DNA of 64,000 bases from Phoronis australis (GCA_002633005.1 NMRA01000483.1:113964-177963); one strand, 5' to 3'. Counted from the stretch's first letter, positions 1 to 13,309 are shown. Notes: generated by a model not told the origin, from the letters alone. Numbers and translations are program-made.

Positions 1-438
1 CTCAGAGAAAAGCCAACAGGAATGACTCTCTGTAAATGGCTTGCCTGAAACATAATAACTTTTCTCAGTAATTTCACTGCATATTATGTTAACCCCTTTA
101 CACTAGCAAGTTCAAGTCTTTGAAATCAACCCTACAGTAGGAGTACTGCAAAGATAATCTTTTGGTGGACTACGACTACCCAATCATTGTTTGAAGAAAC
201 CGGTGTCATTTTGGGTATTTTCAGTTACAAGAAAATCTGAAAAGTATCCAAATTGCTATTGAGGAATAACCATCAAGTAACTAGAGAGTAAATGCGCCAA
301 AGGCCTCTGGTGTAAAGCTACAGAAATCAAACTAAACTGATAGTTCATAAGTGTCCATAAGTATCACATAGCTTCCCAGCAAACTTGGTTGCCTCACATG
401 GAAATCTACACATTTAGGGAGCTCCATTTGGTACTTAC

Positions 439-738
439 CCGCTGGAAGCGCAAATGTAGCGTGTTCTGTTAGAAAGTAGCAAGGAAATGGGCCCTTCCGC
501 TGGCGCAAGTACGATGACACGTCACGCAATAAGTCAGCAGCAAGGTCAGGACTAACATGCGAAGGAACACGTTTCTTGCCATTGGCAGCCATGTCTGTGG
601 CTGCCAACAGCACGGCCAGCATGTCCTCACGCTGGAACCGTATGGACAGGTGCACAAGGGTGAAACCCACGTCAAATGCGCTTGGACGACTGAGTAATGA
701 ACATTCCTCTTTGGTTAGCTGTCGTCCAGGTTCACCAC
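439..738 (-). CDS. ZRANB1: ZRANB1/TRABID second coding exon (AnkUBD); OTU exons lie outside the window
   Basis: G|GEPGRQLTKEECSLLSRPSAFDVGFTLVHLSIRFQREDML...RQRKGPFPCYFLTEHATFALPA. cacAG acceptor, GTAAGT donor, 300 bp, in phase with the previous exon. Confidence 0.95.
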
Positions 739-2127
739 CTGTGGAAGTATAAGATAGGCTGTAAAGATCTTACAAAGTATTTACAAACAACAAAAGAAGG
801 CTACTATACAACACTCATTGTTTGCATGGTTCAGCTGTTCTTGCCGTCAATCTCGTCGCATGTTTTCATGATGGCCTTTCATTTCAAAATTTTGAATTCT
901 AGCAATTAATGAGATCATAAAAGTGTGAAACATGGATTGTGTACATCACCACTAACTTAACACGGTTGTTGCTTTGCTGCCGAAACAGATTGTTCTTCAT
1001 TCGGGAATATGCAATAGTGCCTGTAGCTGTGACCGTGACGCCAATAAAATGAGTGTAAGATGGATTCTTCATTATACCATTTTCACATCCGAAGTTTAAA
1101 ACTACAAGTCTTGAAAAAACCTAATGTGTTACATCTTTTGAATTTGATTTGGTGACTGAATCAGTCAAAAAATAAAAAATGTGATTTCCTGGAGTTGCTT
1201 CAGTTTGTTGGTTATGGAAATAAACGTAAAAAGGTTTGCTCACATGAGTTGGGATACTGAAGTCGTACACATGCTATCAGCCCAGCACTGACTACCAAAT
1301 GCGGCTCGCAGTTATGTCAGGCCCTGCCCATGTACAACCAATAACACAACATTTGAAATGGACCACTTACAGATTCATAAACTAAGCTGCAACTTGTTCC
1401 TCACACATCAAGTTGATAATAACTAGGACTTGAGAATAACGGTCAAGTCGTCATTGCTACTGACGACTCAAGATGTACGCGTCTCTAAACATAGGTAGCC
1501 TTATGGGCTAGAAATCGCATCCTCTTCAGTGGTAAACGCACCAAAGAGCCCAATACCAGCTCCATTTCTAGATATATCACAAACACTTTGCTAAAAAAAT
1601 TGCAGTTGCAACATCCAAGATCTGGCAGAGGTAGGTTAGTGTTTTATGCGCTGAAGCTAACTTCTGTTAGCCAGACCTAGAATAGGCTGGTTGTGTACAC
1701 TTAACACAAAACTTAGTTACAACGACCACTGTTAATCAAGTTTGGAATACTGGCAAACAGCAAATTTTCGGCTACTAATTTTCAAAATGACTACAAAGAA
1801 TTTCAGAAGTTTTAGCCCACTTGCTTAACTCCTTTAGTTTGTTAATCTATTACCAGCCTAGAAACCATTTTCGTGAACTGCCATCAGATTTCAGGTGAAA
1901 CACTTATGAGTGAGTTTTCAGACGTATAAAATGACTCATGATTAGCATGTCCTGTACTTCACCTAGATGAATCATCAGTAGTCAACTTACTTAGGCCACC
2001 ATCATGAAATCAACAGATGAAGTTATAACAGAACTGTAGAATCAAACTACTCTGCACTACTAAGCACAGAATAATAGCCATAGATTACACAATGAAACAG
2101 CTATAGCTGTAAATCGAAGAACATTAA

Positions 2128-2457
2128 AGGGACAAAATATCTGTTTTACATCCGAAAAATGCCTTTTTGTGATTATAGTTTGATGTGATAGACTTGTGGT
2201 CAAGTTATTTGCTTTAACTAAAGCTAACAAAACGAAACCTGTAGTGGTTTTGTGACTTTATTACAAAGTGCCAATTCTTGCCATTTTCTTACCTGCCAGA
2301 CATTCACCAAAATCAAAGCAAGTGTCTTTACCATTTAAATACGTTCAATGGACTCTACAAATTCGGGATTTGGCTTAACGACAAAGCGGAGCCATTGGGC
2401 TCAATTCCATGCTACTGCTAATTTCTGAAAATTACTTTTGTCACTGAGGATGTCCCT
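2128..2457. mobile_element. Short TTAA-flanked MITE (Kolobok-like) in ZRANB1 intron
   Basis: TTAA|AGGGACA ... TGTCCCT|TTAA (TSDs 2124-2127 and 2458-2461). TIR only 7 bp. Confidence 0.55.
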
Positions 2458-2476
2458 TTAAGAGATAAATAATTAC

Positions 2477-3479
2477 CTGAGGAGATGTAGGCCTCCACAG
2501 AGTGCGCATTGCCCTCCACTACACCGACACAGGCATTGAGCCACAACCAATCTTGCTCCTGCAGTTTGTTGCGTATCTGCTTTAGCCTGCCCTCTTCTTT
2601 GCAGTTTTTGTCCTGGTATATGAGTGGAGCTGCCATGGCACCACCACCAAGTCTTTCCATGTTATTTGGCGAAATAGGAGGAGAGCGTTTGTGACGACGC
2701 CCCCCACCAGTAACACCGCCACCACTTACTGACGATGATGATGCTATGATTCTTGCATCGTGCGAACGATTAGAGTGAGTATTTGATGTACTTGCAATGG
2801 CCCCATCAAAGTTTTTGCACAGGTTTACTGTTCCACACATTACGCACTTGGCCGTTTTGGGCCAATTTTCATATGTGCAACTCTTACATGTCCATTTGGT
2901 AGCTTTCATGATTGACGGGGAAGTTCGTAACATAGATTGTATATTGCTGTTTACGCTGGTTATTCGCGCAGGCTGAGCATTGCCTATGGCACTTGTTCGA
3001 ATGGCAGCAGCCATTTGTCTATTTTTGTCGTTGTTCATTTCCTTTGTTGCCTCAGGAGATTTAGGAGAAGTCCTCGGTGAGTTCTTGTCTCCCTTTGGCA
3101 CTGTTGTACCAGCAATGCTGACATCAATTCGCAGAGGTAATGAGTGGTCGGTCTTGGGTGGAGACGCATTACATCGTGGTGTTAGGCACTGAACGCACTT
3201 CACAGTCTTTGGCCAGTTGAGATATGTACACGCCTGACATGTCCATTTATTCTTCATGTCCAAAGTTATGGAGCTACTGCTTGTAGAACAAATCACACTG
3301 CTAGGTGTTCCCCTAGCTGTGACCAGGGGGGTCGTCTTGTAAATATCTTGGGCCATAGTCTCAGCGACTTCGTCAATGAGTGTGGGTGGTTTTGCTGCAT
3401 GGCAGAGGATGCACTTTTTTGATGCTGGATAGTTTTCGTAAGTGCAATATTCACAGGGCCACTTTCTTACTTCAGCCAT
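2477..3479 (-). CDS. ZRANB1: ZRANB1/TRABID first coding exon (three NZF/RanBP2-type zinc fingers and start of AnkUBD)
   Basis: MAEVRKWPCEYCTYENY..C..C, WTCQACTYLNW..C..C, WTCKSCTYENW..C..C, then DWLWLNACVGVVEG..VEAYISSG. Acceptor AG at 3491-3490, 10 nt before the ATG; donor GTAATT at 2476; phase 1. Confidence 0.95.
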
Positions 3480-4603
3480 GTTTATGAACCTGTTAAAAAA
3501 ATAATGGATGAATGAAATAGCTAAAAAAATCAAAATCTCAAAAACATAGAAACTTGTTTTCGTTCAAAATTTCCAACAACTTTAGAACGTACAGCATTAA
3601 ATTTGTACTTTGTGTATTAATAACAAATTTAATTTCTTGTTCCTTATTCATTTTAGATGTTGTCTAAGTGCTTGGGAAGAACTGACAGTTTGTTAATATA
3701 TCTTCAGACCTTCATCTGAAGATATAGTGAACCACATCCTTTTCAAGCCCTGAAATCACCACCAACTTGACAAGGAACAATTTGAGACATAACAGTGAAT
3801 AATCTAAATCAAAACTTGTTTTTGTAATGGAAGGCAGATTTACAGCTACCTTAACATAACTCACGAAACAACTTACTTCTAGTGTTCATACTTTCTTATT
3901 CGAAATGAAGCCTACAGGTTGCCAATGTGATCCAATTAACAGTAATAAGTTACGTCATGCTGTTCCAATAAACTTCATCTCATCAATGGTGAAATATACT
4001 TTTGAGCATTGACCCTCACTTGCAGGACACTAATCCAGGTCCCCCATTCTCAGGGACTCACGTTTGGGAGAGTGGGTTCAAATCCTGGGTTTATTGGTAG
4101 ACTATTGAGCATTGCACGAAGGTGTCTCCTACTCCCATGGGCTCAGTGTTAGTGGTGAATGTATGCAAGGGAATGAATGAGAACCTGGGTTTCTGAGGGT
4201 GTGCTAATATAAGAACTCATAGCCATGTTTTTCTAAAATGATCCCGTCTTTCATATCATGGTCATAGCAGCATGACAAATGAATGAAGTGGTGAATATGT
4301 TAAGTTCAGACCTAATTAATTAGTAGTTCAAAGACGTGTGTGAGCATTACCAGAATTAATGTCAAGTCTTTGCATTGATCAGATATTTTCCAAAGTGCAA
4401 ACTGACTGAGCAAATCAGGTGAGGCAAGAAATTAAGAAAAAGCGGACTTTTGCCAAAAAAGTGAGGGACAAAACATCATTTCGATAATTTTGGAAGTACA
4501 AACAAGTGAGTATGCTAAATAAGTGGAGAACTGTACATAAAAGAATTCAACCATTCAAAAAACAAGACTTAAACATGTTTGGGGTCCCAATACCCAAGCT
4601 ACG

Positions 4604-4830
4604 ACGAGGCAGCATGGCCTAGTGTGATAGATGCCTGCCTTTTTTACTCAAAATAGTGGGTTCCAGTCCCACTGGGTTACACTGCTAAGCCTTTGAGTTA
4701 GGTCTAAAGATCCTCAGCTTGATTTTAACTAGTATATCAATAAAGCATTGAAATGGTTCCAGGTGATCAGTGCAATCGGCCCACATACACGATCTGTGCA
4801 TGTCTGGTACAACATATACCAGACCTCCTA
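4604..4830 (+). mobile_element. tRNA-derived SINE copy 1
   Basis: A-box-like TGGCCTAGTG and B-box-like GGTTCCAGTCCC. Body (tcctcagct..ttccaggtgatcagtg..catgtctggtacaa) aligns by eye with the reverse complement of 45010-45232. Confidence 0.7.
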
Positions 4831-7800
4831 CAATTACTTTTTTACCACGCTACAGTATTGAATGCAATCATTTACCAAAACATAGAAATGATCTCTAATT
4901 TCCCAAGGCGAGTATTGGATTCATACTGTATGAAAAGGCCATTATTAAGATATCACACGTCCAGAAAGATCCTTGCAATTCTCACGTAGTAGCATACCAG
5001 TAGTATAGGAATTTCTACATTGTCCTACATATTGTAAGAATATCCCTACTTCACACAGATGGACTCATCCATGACTCGGAAAAGTTAACACCTCTTTGTG
5101 TAGTTTCAAAAAACACAAGACCTTGGCTGAAATTGATGTGGGTGAGCACTTTTAGTTGGTGAGCACAGCACCAAAAATGAGATGGGTACAGACATTCTGA
5201 TGCTTGTTTTGGCCTTATCAAACAGAGTGTAAAATTAATCGTGATTGAAATCTTGAAAATCATGTAATTTTGAACAATACACAGTGTTTCCCCTGGATTT
5301 TGAAAGGAGCATGGTGGTGAATGCTCCAAGCAAATGTGGATCCCGACACTGCATATGGGTAAGAAAAGTGGGTTCCCCCTCCCATTTGAGAGAGGGAGTT
5401 GGGGGGGGGGGCCTCCCCTAGAAACTTTTGGTATATTTTGGTACATTCTATAAGCTCCATATTCGTAGCCAGGACTTCAACCTGAGCATGTGACCAAGGT
5501 ACACAGTAGGGTATCTGGGTAAAGAGTGGTTCGCAAGACACATTGATAATAAAGCGTCTGTTTGATCTCAGAGTATGAAGAGCTTGGTATCACTCAAACA
5601 TATTTTAATCACAAATTAAATTTCCGTAAGGAAGCGGACACGCCTGGACCGGTATTGCTTCAGACTGCTCATTAAAACTGAATTCTCTGGCTCTAAGCAT
5701 GCACATAAAACAAAAGAAAAATATTTGAACCTTTTTAGATCTGGTTAACTAACTTGTAAAAGGAATCTTCCATTAATATCGTTTATTATCCCATATATGT
5801 GAAAATACTGGAGTTGTATACTGTGAAATACAGGAAAGTAGAGTCAATCGAAATACAACAATAGAGACAGTATACAATGGTAGACGCCGTATTACACGGT
5901 TGATGCATTTTTTGAATAAGAATAACGAGAGGATTTGCAAATACCAATATCAAGATCTTACACATAGTGTACCCAAACATCAGACGGACTAAATAAATAT
6001 CAGACTTTTTATAAAATCATTCTTGAAGCAAAATTTTAGAAGTAAATGACATTTAGATCCAAGTCGGCCCAAGGTGGATGATCTCATAAAACGGATATCA
6101 AAAATGAAACTGAAATCTTTCTCCACAACAAAAGCATCTAAATCAAGTGACAACCTTCACCATTTCATTTTTCATGTCTTTAAACAAAAGCCATATGCGG
6201 GCAACGTATGTGTCTATGTCAAGAAAGAAGAGATACTTTAAACCGCAGGTAGATTGCATGATCTCTTGGTAGTCTGCATTGACTAATTGACACAATGTAG
6301 TTGTCGAATACGCGATATTTAACATCACGTTCATGATGACGCGTTCTAGTAGAATGCTCTCTGATTTGGAATGTTATGTTTTTACTTGAATATTAGTGGA
6401 ATATATTTATTAATATGTCTTTTATCTTAATTCTACAGTAGTGCTTCATCAGATTACAATAATTTTGTTGCAAACAGAACTTATAATATTCTAAATGCAA
6501 ATATATCAAAACGCACCAGTTGTAATTTGGTGACAAGATGCCCGCGCCCATCACATGGTTAGTCAGTTTACTGCAATGTGACGTATGCGGCAACATGGCC
6601 TCCAACATTTAGGTTCTTCAAGGACAAGGGTTTCCTGGTTGTGTGTTTGTTCTTTAAAAATATCAGTCAGAAAAAACTGGAGTTTATTTCTGTAGCAAGA
6701 TTTAGTAACAGAACAATTCCGTAAACATAAGTCTTTACCACAATCCGCAATATTTTCAATGACATATCATGAAAAATGTGTCAAAACGTAGGATATTTCG
6801 GTCGCCTGACTATGATTTTGGAGTCATAATAGACGTATGTCTTCGGATTGCAATTGCAAACAATAATCAAAGAGTGTTCTCAAAATAAGGTTGTTGTTCT
6901 ACTTAGCGAAAATTGAATACTATAACCAATTTGAACCAACTGTCACTCGAGTAAAATAAGATTTTCATTGGCACGGTGACTACTGGGCACAGTTTCTCAA
7001 AGTTAAGAATACAAACCTTGTTTTTAGTGCAGAAAAATAATAACAAACCAGACGGACATCTTGGATTAAAATTGGTTGGCTAGAAAATGGTCTCAGAAAC
7101 AAGAAATGCTGTTACAGGTTTCTTTTATTTTTTTACTTAAAATATGTAATGATGATTTACTTTTTAAGATTTATATAATCTTAAATTATAGTTATGTGAA
7201 AAAGTTTATATATATTATTTTTTTTCATTTGAGCAGATTGACAATGTTTCTTATTATAGTACTCACAAATCACACCAGCTGTCGCTTTCCAAGAGCCTGT
7301 AAATGTGGCACTTGTCATTCGACAACACATTGAATATGCGGGTAAGTACAGCATCTATGAACAATTTCAGTCGCGAAGTTACGTTGTTTAATTTTGGGCG
7401 AATTATTTCTTTGGCTTGTTGATTGCATGATCAGGGACTTTATTCATGTACTTGAAGTAGTGTTATTGTTCGATGGTAAGGCCAGGGGTGAGGCAAGAAT
7501 TTTTTCATGTTTATCATGTGACAACCTGTCGCTGCTACGGGCCTGGTGTCTTGGGTTATTCGTAAATAAAGGTTATAAAAAGGCATTCCCAATAATGTTA
7601 GAAGCCCTTTAAAATGATACTCAGCCATTTTTGACTATTTTTTCATCCGAAGTTGGTGAGAGTTTAGAGCAGGCGTAGGCCTAGGGCTAGGCCTACTTGT
7701 TAACAGACAATGTGTCTATGTGACTCTATTAGGGACGTGACAAAAAAATTTTTTTTTCAAAACTTACCATTAATTTTGATGTCATCAGAAAGCTCTCATC

Positions 7801-8355
7801 AAGAGCTTTCCAAAAAGGTCGTTTTTTACATTTGTACCTAAAATAGTTCCAGAGATATTGCATTGTAATGATTGCTTTTGAAGCTACTAATTAGCCCAAA
7901 ACATGGCGCATTATATTAGTATTTTTTACAACATATAATCATAACTTCGCCAGTTCTCAACCGTGAAGACTGGCAAGGACAGGGTAGCCTACTAACTACA
8001 TTTAGTTTCGACCTGGCCATGCGCATGGTTCCGATGGGTGAGTTTGAGGGGCAGCAGCCCTAAACTAGCTCAGTCACGCTGTGAAATGATGCGACCTTGC
8101 ATGGATTTGATGAATGTATCGTGGTTGATAATTCATCAATATTCCTGCTTCTTAATCTTTTAGAAATCCCATTACGTACTCATTTTTCGTATCCAAAAGA
8201 CATGCGGGCAATTTCCCATGCGCATGAAATCCGGGTGTTGTTTAAGCATAACTGGTACACCACCTAGTGCATCTAATAACCGAAGTGTCGTTTATTTCTG
8301 CAGGTAAAGGGGATGCCTGATACACCCAAGTCCGAAATTTTAGATCTTTTCGGAG

Positions 8356-8419
8356 TAGTGAACCTTCAAAATAGTGAACCTTCAGAATAGTGAACCTTCA
8401 GAGTAGTGAACCTTTGGAA
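8356..8419. repeat. 16-bp tandem repeat x4 (TAGTGAACCTTCRGAR)
   Basis: Units read directly from sequence. Confidence 0.9.
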
Positions 8420-8663
8420 TACTGGGCTGTTCCCATTTCCAGTGATGTTAGCAAGTTAAGTAACACGCAAAATACAACCAGATCAAAATATTCAAGTCGA
8501 TCATGCTTCGATTAAATATTTTCGACCGAGTATGTATGAAGTGTAATCACTCATTTAAGCACGCCCGGTTTGAAAGTTTGGCAGGGGGTAACGCGGGAAC
8601 ATTCTCTTTCTGGACCACATTACATCCGAATTTGGGTCCCGTTCTTTGTGAGCAACCATCAGG

Positions 8664-10377
8664 CAGGGCTCGACATAACGAGCTGCAGGTCGCATTTGCG
8701 ACCTGAAATTTTGAAATGCGAGCTGAGATTTTTGTCGCAAAATGCGACTTGGAATTTCCAACGAATGCGAGCTGAGTTTTTACACTTCTCAACAGATACC
8801 TGACAAATACAAAGCTGCTCTTGTTAATCCGACTGTTATTTGGTTGTTGCCAAATCCAAGTTCAAAAGAACACTAACCGAGAACAGCCCTCCCGATGACT
8901 TGTAAGCAAGTCGCGTGAACATGGAATATGCAGAATCGATCTTTGACGCGTTTCATTGGCTAACATTTTCGGCCACTTTTGTAAATTACCGAATTCGCCA
9001 AAGACAAAGAAAGTTTCGGCCACTGCTTAACACGTGATAAAACTTCACAAACAACGATGTTTCTACTAATTCTTAAGCGATCAACTTACCAAACTTTGTG
9101 GTGGACAAAAATGTTTATTTTTCACATAAGATGTCCTTACATGTACCAAATATCCACGACAATATCCCTGATATCGCACTGCGGCACCGTTAGCGCGCAA
9201 GCGGTCCCGGCAGACAATCGTGACTTAGACTGAGATGTGCTTCTCCTTTTTATCGTATTAAGAAAGCCAAAGTGAAAATGACAACCTTATTAATCGNNNN
9301 NNNNNNNNNNNNNNNNNNNNNNNNNNNNNNNNNNNNNNNNNNNNNNNNNNNNNNNNNNNNNNNNNNNNNNNNNNNNNNNNNNNNNNNNNNNNNNNNNNNN
9401 NNNNNNNNNNNNNNNNNNNNNNNNNNNNNNNNNNNNNNNNNNNNNNNNNNNNNNNNNNNNNNNNNNNNNNNNNNNNNNNNNNNNNNNNNNNNNNNNNNNN
9501 NNNNNNNNNNNNNNNNNNNNNNNNNNNNNNNNNNNNNNNNNNNNNNNNNNNNNNNNNNNNNNNNNNNNNNNNNNNNNNNNNNNNNNNNNNNNNNNNNNNN
9601 NNNNNNNNNNNNNNNNNNNNNNNNNNNNNNNNNNNNNNNNNNNNNNNNNNNNNNNNNNNNNNNNNNNNNNNNNNNNNNNNNNNNNNNNNNNNNNNNNNNN
9701 NNNNNNNNNNNNNNNNNNNNNNNNNNNNNNNNNNNNNNNNNNNNNNNNNNNNNNNNNNNNNNNNNNNNNNNNNNNNNNNNNNNNNNNNNNNNNNNNNNNN
9801 NNNNNNNNNNNNNNNNNNNNNNNNNNNNNNNNNNNNNNNNNNNNNNNNNNNNNNNNNNNNNNNNNNNNNNNNNNNNNNNNNNNNNNNNNNNNNNNNNNNN
9901 NNNNNNNNNNNNNNNNNNNNNNNNNNNNNNNNNNNNNNNNNNNNNNNNNNNNNNNNNNNNNNNNNNTCTAACAAAATCCCGGATACTTTTTCAACGGGCA
10001 TTTTCTCCCTTTTCACATCGCAAATTTAGCTACTCGAATGCACGAGTCAGTTAGAGAGCACTGATTCAACTTTCACGCCGGCAACTTGCCTTGCGCTCTA
10101 GAGACTTTCAATGGCGGTCGTGAAGAACAGTAAGGCCGTACCTGCATGAATGAAGTCAATTTTGAAATCCGAAATTTGTGAGTATTTAACGCTGCAGGTA
10201 AGAGCATAATCTAAACATTTTCCCGATGATCTAAAAAATCTGTTTTGGCGCGTAAAAATGGCGGGAAAATTTTGCGACCTGGCATTTACGAATACGAGCT
10301 GGATTTTGAAAATGCGACCTGGGATTTTGGCTAGGTCGCAAAATGCGACCTGGCGATTTTATTAGCGTCGAGCCCTG
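8664..10377. mobile_element. hAT-like non-autonomous DNA transposon with 5-bp TSD (spans a gap)
   Basis: TIR CAGGGCTCGAC / GTCGAGCCCTG; subterminal TGCGACCTG/TGCGAGCTG repeats at both ends; TCAGG on both flanks. Confidence 0.75.
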
Positions 10378-10619
10378 TCAGGGCATCTTCATTTCTGGTA
10401 TTACGAATTCCGTCTGATCTGTTGGGAAAATAGAGCTGAGAGTCATCGTTGTGTATATATATTTCCCTCCCCCTAGTGAAACTGCGTCAAGGGCCTTACC
10501 GAAAACTCTAAAGTGTCGAGGTTTGTAAAATATCAAAGGTCCACTGTACCAGAAATTCGAACCACCCCCCGCGCAATGCTGGCTACGTGCCTGGACACTT
10601 CTTTCACTTTTAAAGAAGC

Positions 10620-11085
10620 AAGAAAACAATTACTGCTTTCGCTACTACAACCTTTTAGATACTCCTCAAGTTAAATCTGTCAAATATGGTAAAAAATCTT
10701 TTCGTTTCGGGGCTGCTCGGTTCCGGAACAGTCTACGGAATGACTGGGCACAATGGAGTCTTTCACTATTTTCCGTGGACTGATCTGGACCTGGTCCGGC
10801 CCCTAATGCAGCTGTTCTCTAAATGTAAGCACTCCAGGTTATGCTGTAATTAGTGTCTACCATCGTTTCTTTTATGCTTTATCTAGATTATAGCATTTAC
10901 ACGTGTACCTAATTATGCTCAGACCCTAATCTACACTTCAGCGATTACTTAACTTTTATTTACAATCTGTGTTGGTCCACCTTTAGCTTAATTTCTATTT
11001 TCTTCATGTTTCTGTTAAATTTAATGTCGTAGAAATAGCCCAACGGGCTTATGTTAATCTGTTCGTCGAACGACGTTAAATGAAG
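10620..11085 (+). mobile_element. 3' remnant of a CR1/L2-group LINE
   Basis: Degenerate PQVKSVKYGKKSFRFGAARFRNSL...FRGLIWTWSGP*CSC resembles the C-terminal tail of CR1/L2/Crack ORF2, followed by a UTR-like tail. Ends approximate. Confidence 0.55.
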
Positions 11086-11444
11086 ACTAGCCGGGTAGCA
11101 GCTAGTGGGAAACGCCAAGGGGAAATAGCTCAGTACACCGAAGAGTGAACCGAATGTTCATCGCAGTTAAGAGACAGGAATACTTCTTGAAGAAACCGTT
11201 CAAAGCTTCAAGCAGAATTTCTGTCACTGTCAGATTTTAGTAGGCAAGGTGTGCGGCTGCAAGATTCCTTCCCCAGGCAGTACAAATTTCTTTCCAGAAC
11301 ATTTGACCCTGCCGTAACACAAAGTACGGTAATCAGATATTCTTTTAAGGTGAAAACTAAGAATGCATTTAAAATATTGTATAGTACACAAACTATATAT
11401 AGATGTATTGCATCATAAATGAACATACTGAGGTAGAAAACCAG

Positions 11445-12030
11445 CTAGCTATATGATGACTATCGTCAACACACACTGCAGCTAGGTAGACGTGTGTAGA
11501 ACTCCATTAAATACCGAAATTTCCGCACACAGTCCGGGTGCTCAGCTCGTCACCTCGTCGTGAAACTTAGAGCTAACAATCTGCAGGGGTGCATGCAGAA
11601 TCTCGGAATGAACCGACATTCACGTTGTCCGTTACAGCTGTTCATAGAAGTACAAAAATCTAATAAACGTTATATGTTGTATTTCTCCGCCTTGTAACAA
11701 AAGAAAATCAGTAGTCCTTTTGAAAATAGTGCATACTCGTGATATGCGCACGTGCGTGCCATTTCCTAACATTTTGCGATATCTCTCGAGAATTTGTTTT
11801 GAAATTGGGTTTTCTGGTATTAAAATAGCAAAAACTTGTGACGAAGTAAAACCACTTCCGATTGTTATAACATGTACGCAACCTCACAGTTGATTGAAGA
11901 ACATGGAAATTGGCCAATAGGTAATGCAATGGCACCCAAAGTGCGCATGGCAATTTTAGCAGCAGAATAACTGAAGAACACCAATTTTCCAACACCCGGG
12001 TAAATAATTTAGTTTACTCAAGGGTGAGTA
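11445..12030. repeat. Dispersed repeat, also present at ~46800-47490 inside a Kolobok-like element
   Basis: Shared co-linear blocks: gctcgtcacctcgt..aaacttag, ttgttataacatgtacgcaacct, ttccaacacc..ggtaaata..tagtttactc. Confidence 0.7.
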
Positions 12031-12489
12031 AAAAATTTTTAATGAGGTATCATTCATTTTGGCGGCGACTGGCCCGATGAATTATATACGCGACAGAAGC
12101 CGGAGGGAGTGAAATTAAGTCGACGGAGTGATGTCACCCAGGCCGTTGAGCCGACCGACTGACGTCACCAAGGCCAGTAAGAAACTGGCCACCCTCCCTC
12201 CGTGTCTGCGAAAAAACGGCTCTCAAGAAAAAAATAGGACACATCAAATCCAAATAGGGGGCCGGTGCAATACCTGGGACCAAGGCGGTGCCGAAACGGG
12301 CGCAACAAAGGTCTGTAGTGAAGGGGGGAGACGGAGTTTGTGCAAACGATGCATTTTATATAATACATTTTTGATTCTCTCTTGAACAATGAAACATTTA
12401 ACACAACTTACTAATTGATTGAAAAGAGGTTTTTCATGGTCTCGGTAAAGGTATGTTTTGTTTAAGTAAAATCAACTTACTCGTAGACC

Positions 12490-12897
12490 ATGGAATTGGA
12501 TGTTCGAACGTTTTGAACTGTGCTCTACAGTATTTTTTCAACGACTATTAGGGGGGCGTCCTGGTTTCCGGTCCTTCTGTTACCCGGAAGTAGTATAGTA
12601 TCGTAGATTGGAGGGAGTTACAAACCTTGGTCACAGTTCATGGTAGGCTTTTTGGTTTTTATGTATATTGACTGTTTGATCTTTCTAAAAAACCAGTTTT
12701 CATCTTTGGCCAGTATCTTGGCATGTTTGTCACATACAGTGTGGCCAGAGATTCCGAGATGTTCTCCCACACCAGTGGGCTTGTCCAGTTTATTATGTTC
12801 CTTGATTCTGGTGCACCCAGGGATCGCTTGGTCTCGCCGATGTAAGTATGAGATTGGTCTTCAGTGCATGACAGTTGATATATCACACAGCATTGGC
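12490..12897 (-). mobile_element. Penelope-like element 3' remnant (GIY-YIG endonuclease plus decayed hammerhead)
   Basis: VIYQLSCTEDQSHTYIGETKRSL and, after a frameshift, AKILAKDENWFFRKIKQSIYIKTKKPTMNCDQGL*LPPIY. Downstream ttgaaaaa-ACTGT-agagc-ACAGT-tcaaaacgtt. Confidence 0.8.
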
Positions 12898-13309
12898 GGT
12901 CAACGAGTAAGTTGATTTTACTTACAAACACAAGTTACTATTATCTGACAATTTTAAAAATCCACTTACTTAAATTAAAAAACTTAAACTACAAGCTATT
13001 TATACAGTATAGGTAGTATGCAAAACTTTAACATAAATACAAAAGTACATGTACGTGTTACGAGGTGTGTAGACATCTGTTGAAAGCAGTACTCACAGAG
13101 AAAAAAACATCAACACGTGTGATAAATTCATTTAAGGCAGCTCACTGGCAATTAGTTTCACAGCAAAGTACCCTTATAGGAGATTCAATTACACCCCCAA
13201 GTCATGATATCAAAACGTTGAGACAGTTTTCACCTCTGAGACCGTATTCAATTAAGCTTTCTGGGCAAGAAGTAGGGTCTAAAAACATGTACATTTTTTA
13301 AACGATGAA

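Noticed and set aside
4604-4680. Possible tRNA gene
   Set aside because: No full cloverleaf, and it continues into a repeat body shared with another locus, so it is a SINE head.
8356-8419. Short direct repeats here, at 43093 and at 62194 as CRISPR arrays
   Set aside because: Units are contiguous with no unique spacers, there are no cas genes, and the context is eukaryotic.
12540-12650. CCGGAAGT ETS motif and nearby donor as the B4GALT7 promoter
   Set aside because: It falls inside the Penelope 3' remnant, so nothing supports a host promoter.
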